From Alphaproteobacteria bacterium (lineage in GTDB: Bacteria > Pseudomonadota > Alphaproteobacteria > UBA828), in assembly GCA_965221125.1 (NCBI GenBank), contig CBDCRW010000006.1, forward strand, positions 480,001-544,000: a stretch of DNA of 64,000 nucleotides. Reading direction: 5' to 3'. The number at the start of each line of letters is the position of its first letter. Position 1 is the stretch's first letter. Both the position numbers and the translations under genes were made by a program. The notes beneath the pieces were generated by a model that saw only the letters and a program-made list of their open reading frames with translations, did not search any database and was not told the DNA's origin. Of this stretch, positions 46,278-56,627 are shown piece by piece.

Positions 46278-47195
46278 CTAAGTCTCCGCTTGCGCCGCCG
46301 GCTGGCGGCGGGCCGCGTGGATCAGGAGCGCAACGCCCGCCAGCATCAGCACGGCGGCGGCCCAGACGTAGGCGCTGTGGCGCTCGCTGAAGAAGAGGAT
46401 GCCCCAGCCGAGGCCCGCCACGACGACGACGTAGTTGAACTGCGAGAAGAACACCGGGCCGGCCGCGCGCACGATGATCAGGAACGTGATGTACATGGTG
46501 ATGGTGACGCCGGCGGCGCCGAGGATCGCGAGGTCGGCGACGGTGTCCGGCCCCGGCACCACGTAGGTCTCGCCCAGCCCGAGCATCACCGGGGCCAGCA
46601 TGATGGCCGCTGCCGTCACGATGCCGCTCGCAAACGTCAGCACCGGCGTTTCCGGCGGGTCGATCAGGGCGGCGAGGTTGTTGGTGAGCGCAAAGCAGGC
46701 CGGTGCAAGCAGGGCGAGCAGGAACCAGCCCACCATGCCGGGCTCCGGCAGGGAGAACGTGGGGATCGTCATCAGCAGGATGCCGCCCACCCCGCACAGC
46801 ACGCCGATCAGGCTGAGCGCGCGTATCCGCTCCAGCCGGAGCGTGAGCGCGATCAGGTAGGTGATCGGGGGCGACAGGATCACCACCATGGAGAGGATGC
46901 CGGTCGGCAGCTTCGGCGCGAGCCAGGTCATGAGCGCGACAGGTGCTGCGATGCCAAACAGCCCGATCACGAAATAGGCCGTGAGGTGCCGGGCTTCCAG
47001 CCGCGGGAGCGCGCGCCGCCAGGCTGCGAGGATCAGCAGCAGGACCGCGGCGCCGAGGGTCTGCCAGAAGGTGAAGGCGAGCGGCGGCGTTCCGGCCTCC
47101 ACCGCGATCTTGTTCATGGTGAAGATGAGCGGATAGACCGCCCCGATCGTGAACAGCAGGAAGATCGGGAGGGAAAGCGGCCCGCGGCGCCCCAT
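46278..47195 (-). CDS. DMT/EamA family transporter
   Basis: About 10 TM segments; AGPVFFSQFNY, FFSE. Confidence 0.85.
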   Translation of the reverse strand: MGRRGPLSLPIFLLFTIGAVYPLIFTMNKIAVEAGTPPLAFTFWQTLGAAVLLLILAAWRRALPRLEARHLTAYFVIGLFGIAAPVALMTWLAPKLPTGILSMVVILSPPITYLIALTLRLERIRALSLIGVLCGVGGILLMTIPTFSLPEPGMVGWFLLALLAPACFALTNNLAALIDPPETPVLTFASGIVTAAAIMLAPVMLGLGETYVVPGPDTVADLAILGAAGVTITMYITFLIIVRAAGPVFFSQFNYVVVVAGLGWGILFFSERHSAYVWAAAVLMLAGVALLIHAARRQPAAQAET

Positions 47196-47223
47196 CGGGC
47201 TTGAAGGCTAGGGGGTTACAGGA

Positions 47224-48027
47224 CTATTGGGCCGCTGCGCCCGCGGTGTGCTCGGTTCCCACCAGGAGGCAGTCGTCGCCGAGCGGCTCGACCGGCATGA
47301 AGTCCCGGTGCGCGATGTACTCCGGCCGCTGGAAGCGCTGGATCGCGTTGTCCACCCGGTTGGCCGAGAAATAGACCGCGCGCCGCCCCCAGGGCGACAT
47401 GTTGGGCGCAGAGCCGTGCACCAAGTTGCAGTGGAAGAACAGCGCAGCGCCGGGCTCGCCCTTGGGCGCGACGATCCCGCCCTCCGCCACCAGCGTCTCG
47501 ATGGTCTCGTTGTCGATCGTCCAGAGCGGATAGCTCGTGGTCTCGAGGTCGTGGCCGGCCTCGATCCGCCCGCGCCGGTGCGAGCGGGGAATGAACATCA
47601 GCGGGCCGTTGAACTCGTTCACCGGGTCGAGGTAGACGGCGAGGTTCATGGCATGGGGCTCGGGCATCAGGTCGTCGCGTGACCAGGTGCCGTAGTCCTG
47701 GTGCCACTGCCAGACGTCGCCGTCGAAGGCGGCCTTGGCGTTCACCTTGAACTGGTGGATGTAGACGGGCCCGCCGAGGACCTGCATCGCGGGCTCCACC
47801 AGGCGCGGGTGGCGCGAGAGACGCCAGTAGATGTCGCTGTAGGTGTGGACGCCGAAGGCGGTGCGCACGGCGCCGTTGTGCTCGCGCACGATCTCCGGCC
47901 CCGTGCGCGCGAAGATCGCCGGCAGCGCCGCGCGGAGCACCGCGGTCTCCTCGGCCGAGAAAAGATCCGGCAGGAAGAGATAACCCTCGCGGTCCAGGGT
48001 CTCGTACTGTTCGGCCGTGAGCTTCAT
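47224..48027 (-). CDS. PhyH-family 2OG-Fe(II) dioxygenase, EctD/proline-hydroxylase-like
   Basis: YIHQFKVNAK, WQWHQDYGTW (HxD), NGPLMFIPRSH, HGS..N...RR. Confidence 0.85.
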   Translation of the reverse strand: MKLTAEQYETLDREGYLFLPDLFSAEETAVLRAALPAIFARTGPEIVREHNGAVRTAFGVHTYSDIYWRLSRHPRLVEPAMQVLGGPVYIHQFKVNAKAAFDGDVWQWHQDYGTWSRDDLMPEPHAMNLAVYLDPVNEFNGPLMFIPRSHRRGRIEAGHDLETTSYPLWTIDNETIETLVAEGGIVAPKGEPGAALFFHCNLVHGSAPNMSPWGRRAVYFSANRVDNAIQRFQRPEYIAHRDFMPVEPLGDDCLLVGTEHTAGAAAQ

Positions 48028-48081
48028 GGGCCGCTCCCCTCTATGCCTTGCACGCAAATTGCGCCGACAGCGGCGGGTGCG

Positions 48082-49020
48082 TCAAGACGCCGGATCGGAT
48101 GCGTCGTCCCTCGGGGCGGACGGTCGGTTGACGAGAAAGAGGCCGGCGAGCATGAGAACCAGCGCCAGCCAGATCCAATGGCTGTGACTCTCGCCGAAGA
48201 AGAGCACGCCCCAGCCGATGCCGGTCAGCGGGATCATGAAGTTGACGGTGGTGAAGAAGACGGGGCCCGCGAGGCGGATGATCTCGATCATCAGGTAGAA
48301 GACCAGCGCCATGGTTCCCGCCGCAGCGGCCAGCGCCCAGTCGCCGGCCGTCATCGGCCCCTCGAACCACCACCATTGATCGCTCGCCGCCATCACGACG
48401 AACATGAAGAGGGCGCCGGTCGTGAGAACGCCGCCGGCCAGCGGCAGCGCGCCGGCGGGCGGCGGCCTGAGCCAGGCGATGATCAGCGCGTTCGCGACAT
48501 AGAGCACGGGGCCGACGAAGCTCAGCAGCACCCAGGGGGCCATGTCGGGGCTGGGAAGGCTTGTCTCCGGCACCACCACCAGCGCGACGCCGCCGACGCC
48601 GAGGACCAGGCCTACGGTGCGGATCGCGCGGAAGCGGTCCATGCGAAACAGCGCGGCCGCCGGGTACGTAAGGATGGGTGTGAGCGTCGCGCCGAGCCCA
48701 AGCACGCCGGCCGGCACCTTGGGCGCGACGAAGGCCAGTATCGTGTAGGTCATGCCGAAGGAGATCGTGCCGAGCGCGAGGTAGCCCCGCACATGCTCCC
48801 ACGAGAGCCCGGGCAGCGTGCGGAACGCCGCCCCGAGCCCCAGCAGGATGAGCGCGGCGCCGGTGCCCATCCAGAACACGTAGGGGATGAAGGGGATGCC
48901 GTCAGTGGTCGCGAGCCGGTTGAGCGAATAGAGGGTGCCCCAGCCGAGAGCCGAGACCACCAGCAGGGCCGCCGGCCAGAGGAGCGCGTTGGCGCCGGCG
49001 CGCCGTGCGGGCTCCGTCAC
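48082..49020 (-). CDS. DMT/EamA family transporter
   Basis: About 10 TM segments; similar to 46278-47195 (APK.P.G, AGPVFF, GWG.LFF.E). Confidence 0.85.
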   Translation of the reverse strand: MTEPARRAGANALLWPAALLVVSALGWGTLYSLNRLATTDGIPFIPYVFWMGTGAALILLGLGAAFRTLPGLSWEHVRGYLALGTISFGMTYTILAFVAPKVPAGVLGLGATLTPILTYPAAALFRMDRFRAIRTVGLVLGVGGVALVVVPETSLPSPDMAPWVLLSFVGPVLYVANALIIAWLRPPPAGALPLAGGVLTTGALFMFVVMAASDQWWWFEGPMTAGDWALAAAAGTMALVFYLMIEIIRLAGPVFFTTVNFMIPLTGIGWGVLFFGESHSHWIWLALVLMLAGLFLVNRPSAPRDDASDPAS

Positions 49021-49036
49021 GCGCGATCCTCCGGCG

Positions 49037-51031
49037 CTACAGCGTCATGCCGAGGGTGCGTCCCTCGTAGAAGGCCATGCCGGCGGTCCGTGCCGCCACC
49101 ACGTCGCCGACGGTGTGGACCTCGATGTCGTCGTCCGCGAGTTCGCGGGCGAGAGCGTCGTCGACCGTGTTGGTGGTCGCCAGCACTAGGCTGTCGAACG
49201 TGTGTTCCTGCGTCTCGCCCGTGTAGAGGTTCTGGATCGTGGCCGTGCTCCCGGCCCAGCGCGTGAGCGCGTGGCTGCAGATCACCGTGACGCCCAGCTT
49301 CGCGAATCGCTCGCGCGTGCTCGGGCCGAGATGAGAGCCGTCAAGCGTTTCGGCAGCCTTGTCGGACGGGGTGACCACGGTCACCCCGTGGCCCTGCTCG
49401 GCGAGATGCAGCGCGGTGCCTGAGGCGGGCCACCAGCCGTTGAGGTCGTCGAGCAGGAGGACCCGCTTGCCGGGCCGGGCGGTGCCCTCGAGCACGTCGT
49501 TGGCGGCGTGCACGTTCTCCTGTTCAGCGCCGGGCAGCGCATCGACGTGGGGGAGCGCGCGCTGGAACCCGGTGCGTGTCGGCTGCGACCCGGTCGAGAG
49601 CACGACCGCGTCGGCGCCGAACTCGCGAATGTCGGCGGCGGTCATCTCCTGCCCAAGCTCGACGCGGACCTGCAGCTTCTCGAGCTGCGCGCGGTACCAG
49701 CCCAGCAGCTCGCCGATCTCGTCACGCTCCGGCTGTGCGGCGGCAAGGCGGAACTGCCCGCCGAGGTCCGCCGCCTTCTCCACAAGCGTTACCCTGTGGC
49801 CGCGCGCCGCCGCAATGCGCGCGGTCTCCAGCCCGGCCGGGCCGCCGCCTACCACCAGCACGTGGCGCGGCTTGTCCGCCGGCGACGCAGCGTCGCCGTC
49901 CCACGCGTGCTCGCGGCCGACGGAGGGATTGACGAGGCAGGAGATATGGTAGTCCCGCATGCGCCGCCCGATACAAAGCTGGTTGCAGGAGATGCACGGC
50001 CGGATGTCGTCGGCGCGGCCCGCGCGCGCCTTGTTGGCGAGGTGCGGATCGGCGATCTGTCCGCGCACGATGGAGACGAGATCGCAGAGCCCGCCCGCGA
50101 TGGCGGCCTCGGCCCGCGCGGGCGTCTTGACCCGCGCTTCGGCCGTGACCAGCGCGTGCTTGACCACCTGCTTGATGGCGGCGGCATCGCCCGTGCCCAA
50201 GGGGGTCGCGTGGTGGAAGCCCGGCACGATCGCGGTGAACCTGTTGATGTAGCTGCCGGTGCCGCAAGAGAAGTAGTCCGCGAGGCCGCGCTCGTCGAGC
50301 CAGGCGAAGATCTCCTGCTTGTCGGCCATGGTGAGGCCGCCGGGATAGGGCTCCGCGCCGGAGACCGTCATGCCGACGATGAAGTCCGGCCCGCAGGCCT
50401 TGCGGATGCCATTCGCGATCTCGGTCACGAAGCGAAGCCGGTTCTCCAGCGAACCGCCCCAGGCATCGTCGCGCCGGTTGGTGAGCGGCGACCAGAACTG
50501 GTCGATCAGGCAGGAGTAGCCGGCGAAGAGGTCGACGCCGTCGAAGCCGCCCTGCTTGTCGCGCACCGCCTGGTCGATGAACGCCTGAATCAGCTCGCGA
50601 ATCTCCGCGTCGCTCATGGCGTGGCTGCCCCAGGGGTCGTGGTGACTCACCTGGCCCGAGGGCGACCAGTAGGGCGCCCAGGAGTTGTCCTGATCGCCGT
50701 GGGCGCCCACGTGGTAGATCTGGTGGCACATGACGGTGCCATGGCTGTGGCACTCGTCGGTGATCCTGCGGAAGTGGGGGATCACGGCGTCGTCGGCGAT
50801 GAAGTTGCCGCGCGTGAGCACCGCCGTCGGATGCGGCGGCGTCGGCTCGACGACGATCATCGCGGCGCCGCCCCGCGCTCGCTCGCGGTAGTAGCCGAAG
50901 TGCCGGTCGGCCGGCAGCCCGCCTTCGGCCATGTTCGCCGTGTGCGCGCCGAAGACGATGCGGCACTTGAGCGTGTGCCCCCCGAGGCGCGCCGGTGTAA
51001 ACAGGTTGGGGAAGCGTTCGGGCTGCGTCAT
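49037..51031 (-). CDS. NADH:flavin oxidoreductase (OYE + Fe-S + FAD), N-methylamine demethylase-like
   Basis: AHTAN, ERARGG, LIDQFWSP..NRRDD.WGGSLENR, CISCNQLC...C, VVGGGPAG. Confidence 0.85.
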   Translation of the reverse strand: MTQPERFPNLFTPARLGGHTLKCRIVFGAHTANMAEGGLPADRHFGYYRERARGGAAMIVVEPTPPHPTAVLTRGNFIADDAVIPHFRRITDECHSHGTVMCHQIYHVGAHGDQDNSWAPYWSPSGQVSHHDPWGSHAMSDAEIRELIQAFIDQAVRDKQGGFDGVDLFAGYSCLIDQFWSPLTNRRDDAWGGSLENRLRFVTEIANGIRKACGPDFIVGMTVSGAEPYPGGLTMADKQEIFAWLDERGLADYFSCGTGSYINRFTAIVPGFHHATPLGTGDAAAIKQVVKHALVTAEARVKTPARAEAAIAGGLCDLVSIVRGQIADPHLANKARAGRADDIRPCISCNQLCIGRRMRDYHISCLVNPSVGREHAWDGDAASPADKPRHVLVVGGGPAGLETARIAAARGHRVTLVEKAADLGGQFRLAAAQPERDEIGELLGWYRAQLEKLQVRVELGQEMTAADIREFGADAVVLSTGSQPTRTGFQRALPHVDALPGAEQENVHAANDVLEGTARPGKRVLLLDDLNGWWPASGTALHLAEQGHGVTVVTPSDKAAETLDGSHLGPSTRERFAKLGVTVICSHALTRWAGSTATIQNLYTGETQEHTFDSLVLATTNTVDDALARELADDDIEVHTVGDVVAARTAGMAFYEGRTLGMTL

Positions 51032-51165
51032 CGCGCTCACCATTGGGGTTTCGGCCGCAAGCCGGCGGCGCGCGCCGCTCAAGGCTTGGCCGGCAACGAT
51101 AGCACCAACTGCCCCCACAGGTTTTCGTGGACATCGCCGCGCCGGCATGACATCAGGCACGCACC

Positions 51166-52077
51166 ATGCAGTGCGAGAGCGTGAGCTTCTACAGCGAGGG
51201 CGTCCGGCTCGATGGCGACCTCTACCGGCCCGACGGCGCGGGCCCGGACGACGCGCGCGCCGGCATCGTGCTCTGCCACGGCTACACGGGCGTGAAGAGC
51301 CTCTACCTGCCCGACAACGCGCGGGTGCTGACGGAGGCGGGCTACGTGGTGCTGGCCTTCGACTACAAGGGTTGGGGAGCGAGCGAGGGGCCGCGCACCC
51401 GGCTCGCGCCCTTCAGTCGCGTCGCCGATGTGCAGGCGGCGCTCACCTTCCTGGGGACCCGGCCGGGAGTCGACCCAGCGCACCTCGGCCTCTACGGCAC
51501 CAGCTACGGCGGCGCCACGGTGATCTGGGCGGCGGCGCTCGACGAGCGGGTCCGCTGCGTGGTGAGCGTGGTGGGCATCGGCGACGGCCGCCGCTGGATG
51601 CGGAGCGTGCGCCGCCCGGACGAGTGGCACGACCTGCTCGCTCGCGCGCAGGCAGACCGGGAGCAGGCCGTCGTGAGCGGCGAGTCCGCGCTCGCCGAGC
51701 GCGACGAGATTTTGATGCAGGATCGCGCATCCGCCGCGCTCTCGGCTGCGCAGCGGGCAAACAATCCCGATGCGGTCTCCACCGTGCCGGCCTCGTTCAT
51801 CGACGAGACGCTCTCCTTCCATGCCGACTGGGTGGTGGCAAAGATCGCCCCGCGTCCGCTGCTCCTCGTCACCACCGAGGACGACCGCCTGGTGCCGCCC
51901 GAGGAGTCGCAATCTCTCTACGACCTCGCCGGCGAGCCGAAACGGCTGGTGGTCCTCAAGGGTTACGGGCACTTCGATGTCTATGCCGAACCCGCCTTCG
52001 GCGAGGTGATGGCGGCGACGCTCGCCTGGTACCGGGCGCACCTGCCGGCGCAGTCGCTCGAGGCCCCGTCGGCTTGA
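51166..52077 (+). CDS. alpha/beta hydrolase (CocE/NonD-like)
   Basis: CHGY, FDYKGWGAS, GTSYGG, D..VP, GHFDVY. Confidence 0.85.
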   Translation: MQCESVSFYSEGVRLDGDLYRPDGAGPDDARAGIVLCHGYTGVKSLYLPDNARVLTEAGYVVLAFDYKGWGASEGPRTRLAPFSRVADVQAALTFLGTRPGVDPAHLGLYGTSYGGATVIWAAALDERVRCVVSVVGIGDGRRWMRSVRRPDEWHDLLARAQADREQAVVSGESALAERDEILMQDRASAALSAAQRANNPDAVSTVPASFIDETLSFHADWVVAKIAPRPLLLVTTEDDRLVPPEESQSLYDLAGEPKRLVVLKGYGHFDVYAEPAFGEVMAATLAWYRAHLPAQSLEAPSA

Positions 52078-52081
52078 GACC

Positions 52082-53080
52082 ATGGCAGGGCCCATAACGA
52101 TCACGCTCGCGCCAGGCGGCGAGAGCTTCACCTGTGGCCCCGGCGAGACCATCCTGCGCGCGGGCCTCGCGGCGGGCTTCGCCATGCCCTACGAGTGCGC
52201 GAGCGGAAGCTGCGGCTCGTGCAAGGGGCGGCTCCTGGAAGGCGCGGTGGACTCGCTCTGGGCGGACGCGACCGGCTTGAGCGAGCGCGACCGGCGCAAG
52301 GGCGACCGCATCCTCTGCTGCCAGGCGCTGCCCCAAGGCGACTGCACGGTCCAGGTGCGCTTAGGTGAGGTGGAAGGCGCACGCGACGAGCCTGCGCCTG
52401 CACCGTTCGCGGCCACCGTCGAGACGCTGGAGCGGCTCGTGCCGGGCGTCATCGCCTTCAGCTGCCGGCCTGCGCAGCCCGTGCCGTTTCTGCCGGGCCA
52501 GTTCGTGCTGCTGCAGGTGCCGGGCGGCCAACGCCGCGCCTTCTCGATGGCGAACACCGAGGCCGAGACGCTCGCCTTCATCGTGAAGGAGAAGCCGGGC
52601 GGCCACGCCTCGCACTACCTCTTCGAGGAGCTCGCCACGGGCGACACGGTGAACCTGGAGGGGCCCTACGGCCGGGCTTATCTGCGCACGCCGCCGGAGC
52701 GCGAGATCGTCTGCGTCGCCGGCGGCTCCGGGCTCGCGCCGATGCTCTCGGTCGCACGCGCCGCCATCGCGGATCCCGATACACCGGCGGTGCGCCTCTT
52801 CTTCGGTGTGAACAATGCCGATGAGCTCTTCATGGTGGACGAAATGGAGGCGCTCGCCGCCGAGCACGACCGGCTCTCGCTCACGCTCGCGGTCCGCGAC
52901 GGCGCGCCGGGGGCCGTTACAGGCCTCGTCGGCGACGTCGCGCTGGCGGCGATGGAGGAGCTGGCCGCGTGCGACTTCTACATGGCCGGGCCGCCTGGGC
53001 TGATCGACGCGATCCTCCGGCCCGTCATGCGGAGCGGCAAGGTCCGGCCCGAGCGCATCTTCTTCGATCGTTTCTATTAG
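52082..53080 (+). CDS. [2Fe-2S]-FAD-NAD(P)H oxygenase reductase
   Basis: CASGSCGSC...CC, RAFSMAN, EGPYG, AGGSGLAP, YMAGPP, FDRF. Confidence 0.9.
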   Translation: MAGPITITLAPGGESFTCGPGETILRAGLAAGFAMPYECASGSCGSCKGRLLEGAVDSLWADATGLSERDRRKGDRILCCQALPQGDCTVQVRLGEVEGARDEPAPAPFAATVETLERLVPGVIAFSCRPAQPVPFLPGQFVLLQVPGGQRRAFSMANTEAETLAFIVKEKPGGHASHYLFEELATGDTVNLEGPYGRAYLRTPPEREIVCVAGGSGLAPMLSVARAAIADPDTPAVRLFFGVNNADELFMVDEMEALAAEHDRLSLTLAVRDGAPGAVTGLVGDVALAAMEELAACDFYMAGPPGLIDAILRPVMRSGKVRPERIFFDRFY

Positions 53081-53097
53081 GTCGCGGCCCAGCGTCG

Positions 53098-53994
53098 CTA
53101 GTATTGCGGCGTGCGGATCCAGGGTTCGGGCTCGGCCGGGCCGGGGTCGGTGACGACGAAGGGCAGCGCCTGGCTGCGATGAGGCTCGGGCCACGTGTGG
53201 GGACGGAGCGTGCGGTCGGCGTCGGAATCGGTATCGATCCCCGCGCGCTCGTAGACCTGCCAAATGCGGGCCTTGATGGTCGCCGGCAGGCCCTCGTAGT
53301 CCGGGTGCCACCACAGCGTGATGTTGGTGCGCTCGGCGCCCGAGCGGTTGGGATGGGCGCCGTGGATCAGCCGCGCGTCCACCACGACGACATCGCCCGC
53401 CGTCACCGGCACGTCGACCTCGTCCGCGTGCGAGGCGAACGCGGCGTCCTCGGGGTTCTTCACCTCAGCCAGCGTGGGGTCGTGGGCATCGACGAGGTCG
53501 TGCAGCGGATGGGGCCTGCGGTGGGTGCCGGGGATCAGCCTGAGGCAGCCGTTCTCGCGCGTCGTGTCGGTCATGTAGAGGAAGAGCGCGACCTGGGCGA
53601 TGCGGTCATCGCGCGAGATCGGGTGCTGCCAGCCCCACCAATCCTGATGCCAGAAGAGCGCCGGCCCGTCCGGCGGCTTGCTGATGACGTAGCCCGACGA
53701 GAAGAGCGTGCCGTGCAGGCCGAGCCGGGCGAACATCGCCTGGAAGCCGGCATGAGCGATCAGCGGCGCGAAGGAGGGGTGGTCGGCCAAGGGGACGAGG
53801 CTTCCCTGCGAGCGCCACTGCGCCCTGTGGTCCGCGCCGATGGTCCCCAGCGCGGCCTCCGCCGCCTCTCTGGTGGCGTGCAGCGCAGTGGGGTCGAGCA
53901 CGCCTGGTGCGCGGCAGAAGCCCTCCGTGACGAGCTGCCGCCGGGCGGCCTCGCCGTCCCACACCGGCTCGCGCGGGCGGGCGGTGTCGTTCAT
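53098..53994 (-). CDS. PhyH-family 2OG-Fe(II) dioxygenase
   Basis: ISKPP, WHQD, NGCLRLIPGTH, HGAHPN..R. Confidence 0.85.
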   Translation of the reverse strand: MNDTARPREPVWDGEAARRQLVTEGFCRAPGVLDPTALHATREAAEAALGTIGADHRAQWRSQGSLVPLADHPSFAPLIAHAGFQAMFARLGLHGTLFSSGYVISKPPDGPALFWHQDWWGWQHPISRDDRIAQVALFLYMTDTTRENGCLRLIPGTHRRPHPLHDLVDAHDPTLAEVKNPEDAAFASHADEVDVPVTAGDVVVVDARLIHGAHPNRSGAERTNITLWWHPDYEGLPATIKARIWQVYERAGIDTDSDADRTLRPHTWPEPHRSQALPFVVTDPGPAEPEPWIRTPQY

Positions 53995-55154
53995 CCCAGC
54001 TCGCGCTCGACCAGGGTGGCCCAGTAGCTCGCGCCGATGGGCAGGATCTCGTCGTTGAAGTCGTAACCGGGGTTGTGCAGGAAGCACCCGCCGGGGCCTG
54101 AGCCGTTGCCGATCCAGATGTAGCTGCCGGGCCGGGCCTGGAGCATGTAGGCGAAGTCCTCGGAGCCCATGCAGGGGGCGAGGTCGCGGTGCACGCGGTC
54201 CGCCCCCACCACGGCGGCGGCGGCGGCCTCGGCGCGCGATGTCTCTTCCGCGGTGTTGACCGTGGCGGGGAAGCGCCCCTCCACCTTGACCGCGGCCTTG
54301 ATGCCGTAGGAGGCGGCCGTGCTCTCCGCGATCCGCTGGATGTTGGCGGCGATCAGGTCCCGCACCTCGGGTTTGAAGGTTCGCACGGTGCCGGCGAGGT
54401 CCACGGACTGCGGGATGACGTTGAAGGCATCGCCGCCGTGGATCATGGTCACGCTGACGACGCCCGCCTCCAGCGGGTCCACGTTGCGGGCCACGATCGA
54501 CTGCAGGCCGGTGACGATCTGCGCCGCCGCCACCACGGGATCGAGGCCGAGATGCGGCATGGCGCCGTGGGCGCCGGTGCCTTCCACCGAGATGGTGAAC
54601 TCGTCGCAGGCGGCCATCATGGGCCCGGTACGGACGGCGATCTCGCCCGGCGGCATGCCCGGCCAGTTGTGCATGCCGTAGACGGCGGTTGCGGGAAAGC
54701 GCTCGAACAGACCTTCCTTCACCATGGCCTCGCCGCCGCCGAGCCCCTCCTCGGCAGGCTGGAAGACGAAATAGACCGTGCCGGCGAAGTTCCGGGTCTC
54801 GGCAAGGTACTGCGCGGCCCCCAGCAGCATCGTCGTGTGCCCGTCATGGCCGCAGGCGTGCATGGTGCCGTCGTTGGTCGAGCGGTAGTCGACGTCGTTC
54901 CCCTCGAGGATCGGCAGCGCGTCCATGTCCGCGCGGAGCGCGATGGCGCCTTCGCCCGGAGCGCCTTCGAGGACGCCGACCACGCCGGTCTTCGCGAGCC
55001 CGCGATGCACCTGGATGCCGAAGGACTCGAGCTTCTCCGCCACCACGGAAGCGGTGCGCTCCTCTTCGAAGCCCAGTTCCGGGTGGGCGTGAATGTCGCG
55101 CCGCCACGCGGTCATCTCGTCGTGGATCGCGGCGATACGGTTGATGACGGGCAT
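53991..55154 (-). CDS. M20D amidohydrolase (hippurate hydrolase-like)
   Basis: RRDIHAHPELGFEE, RADMDALP, MHACGHDGH, QPAEE, SEDF, LHNP.YDFND. Confidence 0.93.
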   Translation of the reverse strand: MPVINRIAAIHDEMTAWRRDIHAHPELGFEEERTASVVAEKLESFGIQVHRGLAKTGVVGVLEGAPGEGAIALRADMDALPILEGNDVDYRSTNDGTMHACGHDGHTTMLLGAAQYLAETRNFAGTVYFVFQPAEEGLGGGEAMVKEGLFERFPATAVYGMHNWPGMPPGEIAVRTGPMMAACDEFTISVEGTGAHGAMPHLGLDPVVAAAQIVTGLQSIVARNVDPLEAGVVSVTMIHGGDAFNVIPQSVDLAGTVRTFKPEVRDLIAANIQRIAESTAASYGIKAAVKVEGRFPATVNTAEETSRAEAAAAAVVGADRVHRDLAPCMGSEDFAYMLQARPGSYIWIGNGSGPGGCFLHNPGYDFNDEILPIGASYWATLVERELG

Positions 55155-55259
55155 GGCGGCTGGCTCCCCGTTCGGGCTCGTGGATCAAGGGCAGGACGGC
55201 CCGCCGGCGCGCCTCGGCGCACGGACCAGCCGCCCCGATGGCGCGGCGCCCTTCGGGCG

Positions 55260-56627
55260 CTACTCGGCGGCCTCGGCCGGGACCGGGCGGTTCATGCCGA
55301 TCTCGGCGATCCGCTCCTGCGTGTAGACCTGGTGCCACATCTCGTAGGAGAACTCGGAGCGCAGGCGCTGCGCCTTCGGGTTGATGGCGAGGTTCACCGT
55401 CTCGCCGCCGAGGACGATCTCGCGGATGCGGGTGCGGTCCTGCAGCTGGGTGACGTCGGCCAGCGGATCGCCGTCGAAGACCAGGATGTCGGCGAGCCGG
55501 CCCTCTTCCAGCGCGCCCACCTGGCCGGCTTCGCGCACGAAGGTGCCGTTGTTGACCGTGGCGCAGCGCAGCGCTTCCGCCGCCGAGATGCCGAGATAGG
55601 TCACCATGTGCTCCAGCTCGCGGGCGTGCCATTCGCCGTAGGGCGTCACCGCGAAGCCAGAATCGGTGCCGGAGAGGAAGGTCACGCCCGCGTCGCGGGC
55701 CTTCGCGAGCGAGCGCTGGGCCGCCTCGATCTCGCGCTTGTGCGCGTCGGGGAAGCCCGGATAGCAGCCGTCGCCCGGCCGGGTGAAGTCGATGTCGTTC
55801 ACCACGAGGCTGAAGGTCGGGCAGATCATGCAGCCGTTCTCGACCACCGCCTCCAGGCCCTCGTCGTCCATCCAGGCGGCGTGCAGGATGACGTCGACGC
55901 CGGCGCGTGCGGAATAGAGCACGGCCTCGGCGCCCCGCGCGTGCACCACCACCTTCTTGCCGAGCCGGTGGGCCTCGGCCACCATCGCCGTGGTCTCTCC
56001 CTGGTTGTAGCCGGCGACGAGCACGCTGGTCATCGGGTTCATCGAATCGCCGTCCATGGCGATCTTGATGAAGTCCACACCGTCCTTGACCATGGTGCGG
56101 ATCTCCGCGATCCCCTCGTTCGCATCGCGGGCGAGCACGCCGATGGAGGTCTCGGGCACGCCGACCCAGCTCGGATACCAGTCGGAGAGACCCTGACGGT
56201 TGGTGATCTGGCGGCCTGAGCAGGTGATGCGGGGGCCGGTGAAGAGGCCCGCGTCGATCGCATCGCGGATCGACGGCGTGACGCGGCCGCTCGTGGTGGG
56301 ATCCGCCATCGAGGTGAAGCCCGCGGCCAGCACGCGCTGGGCCGCCTCCAGCCCACGCAGCGCGCGGAACTCGACCGGCGCGTAGAGGTCGATGTCCTCT
56401 TCGGTCTTGGCGTTGCCGTAGGAAAGATGGACGTGAACGTCGATCAGGCCGGGCATCACGAAGTGGCCGGAGTGATCCACCACCTCGTCTTCCGGCGCCG
56501 CGACGGGCGCGCCAGCGCTCGGCCCCACATAGGCGATCCGCTCGCCCTCGGTCACCACCGTCTGGTCCCGCTCTGCGCCGTCGCCGAGTCCGGTGAACAG
56601 CTGACCGCATAGAATGTGTCTGCGCAT
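55260..56627 (-). CDS. metal-dependent amidohydrolase (Xaa-Pro dipeptidase-like)
   Basis: PGLIDVHVH, FIKI, VVHA, ILHA, GTDSG, GRLAD. Confidence 0.88.
   Translation of the reverse strand: MRRHILCGQLFTGLGDGAERDQTVVTEGERIAYVGPSAGAPVAAPEDEVVDHSGHFVMPGLIDVHVHLSYGNAKTEEDIDLYAPVEFRALRGLEAAQRVLAAGFTSMADPTTSGRVTPSIRDAIDAGLFTGPRITCSGRQITNRQGLSDWYPSWVGVPETSIGVLARDANEGIAEIRTMVKDGVDFIKIAMDGDSMNPMTSVLVAGYNQGETTAMVAEAHRLGKKVVVHARGAEAVLYSARAGVDVILHAAWMDDEGLEAVVENGCMICPTFSLVVNDIDFTRPGDGCYPGFPDAHKREIEAAQRSLAKARDAGVTFLSGTDSGFAVTPYGEWHARELEHMVTYLGISAAEALRCATVNNGTFVREAGQVGALEEGRLADILVFDGDPLADVTQLQDRTRIREIVLGGETVNLAINPKAQRLRSEFSYEMWHQVYTQERIAEIGMNRPVPAEAAE

Noticed and set aside
47224-48027. ectD ectoine hydroxylase
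   Set aside because: The EctD signature is not matched and no ect genes are nearby.
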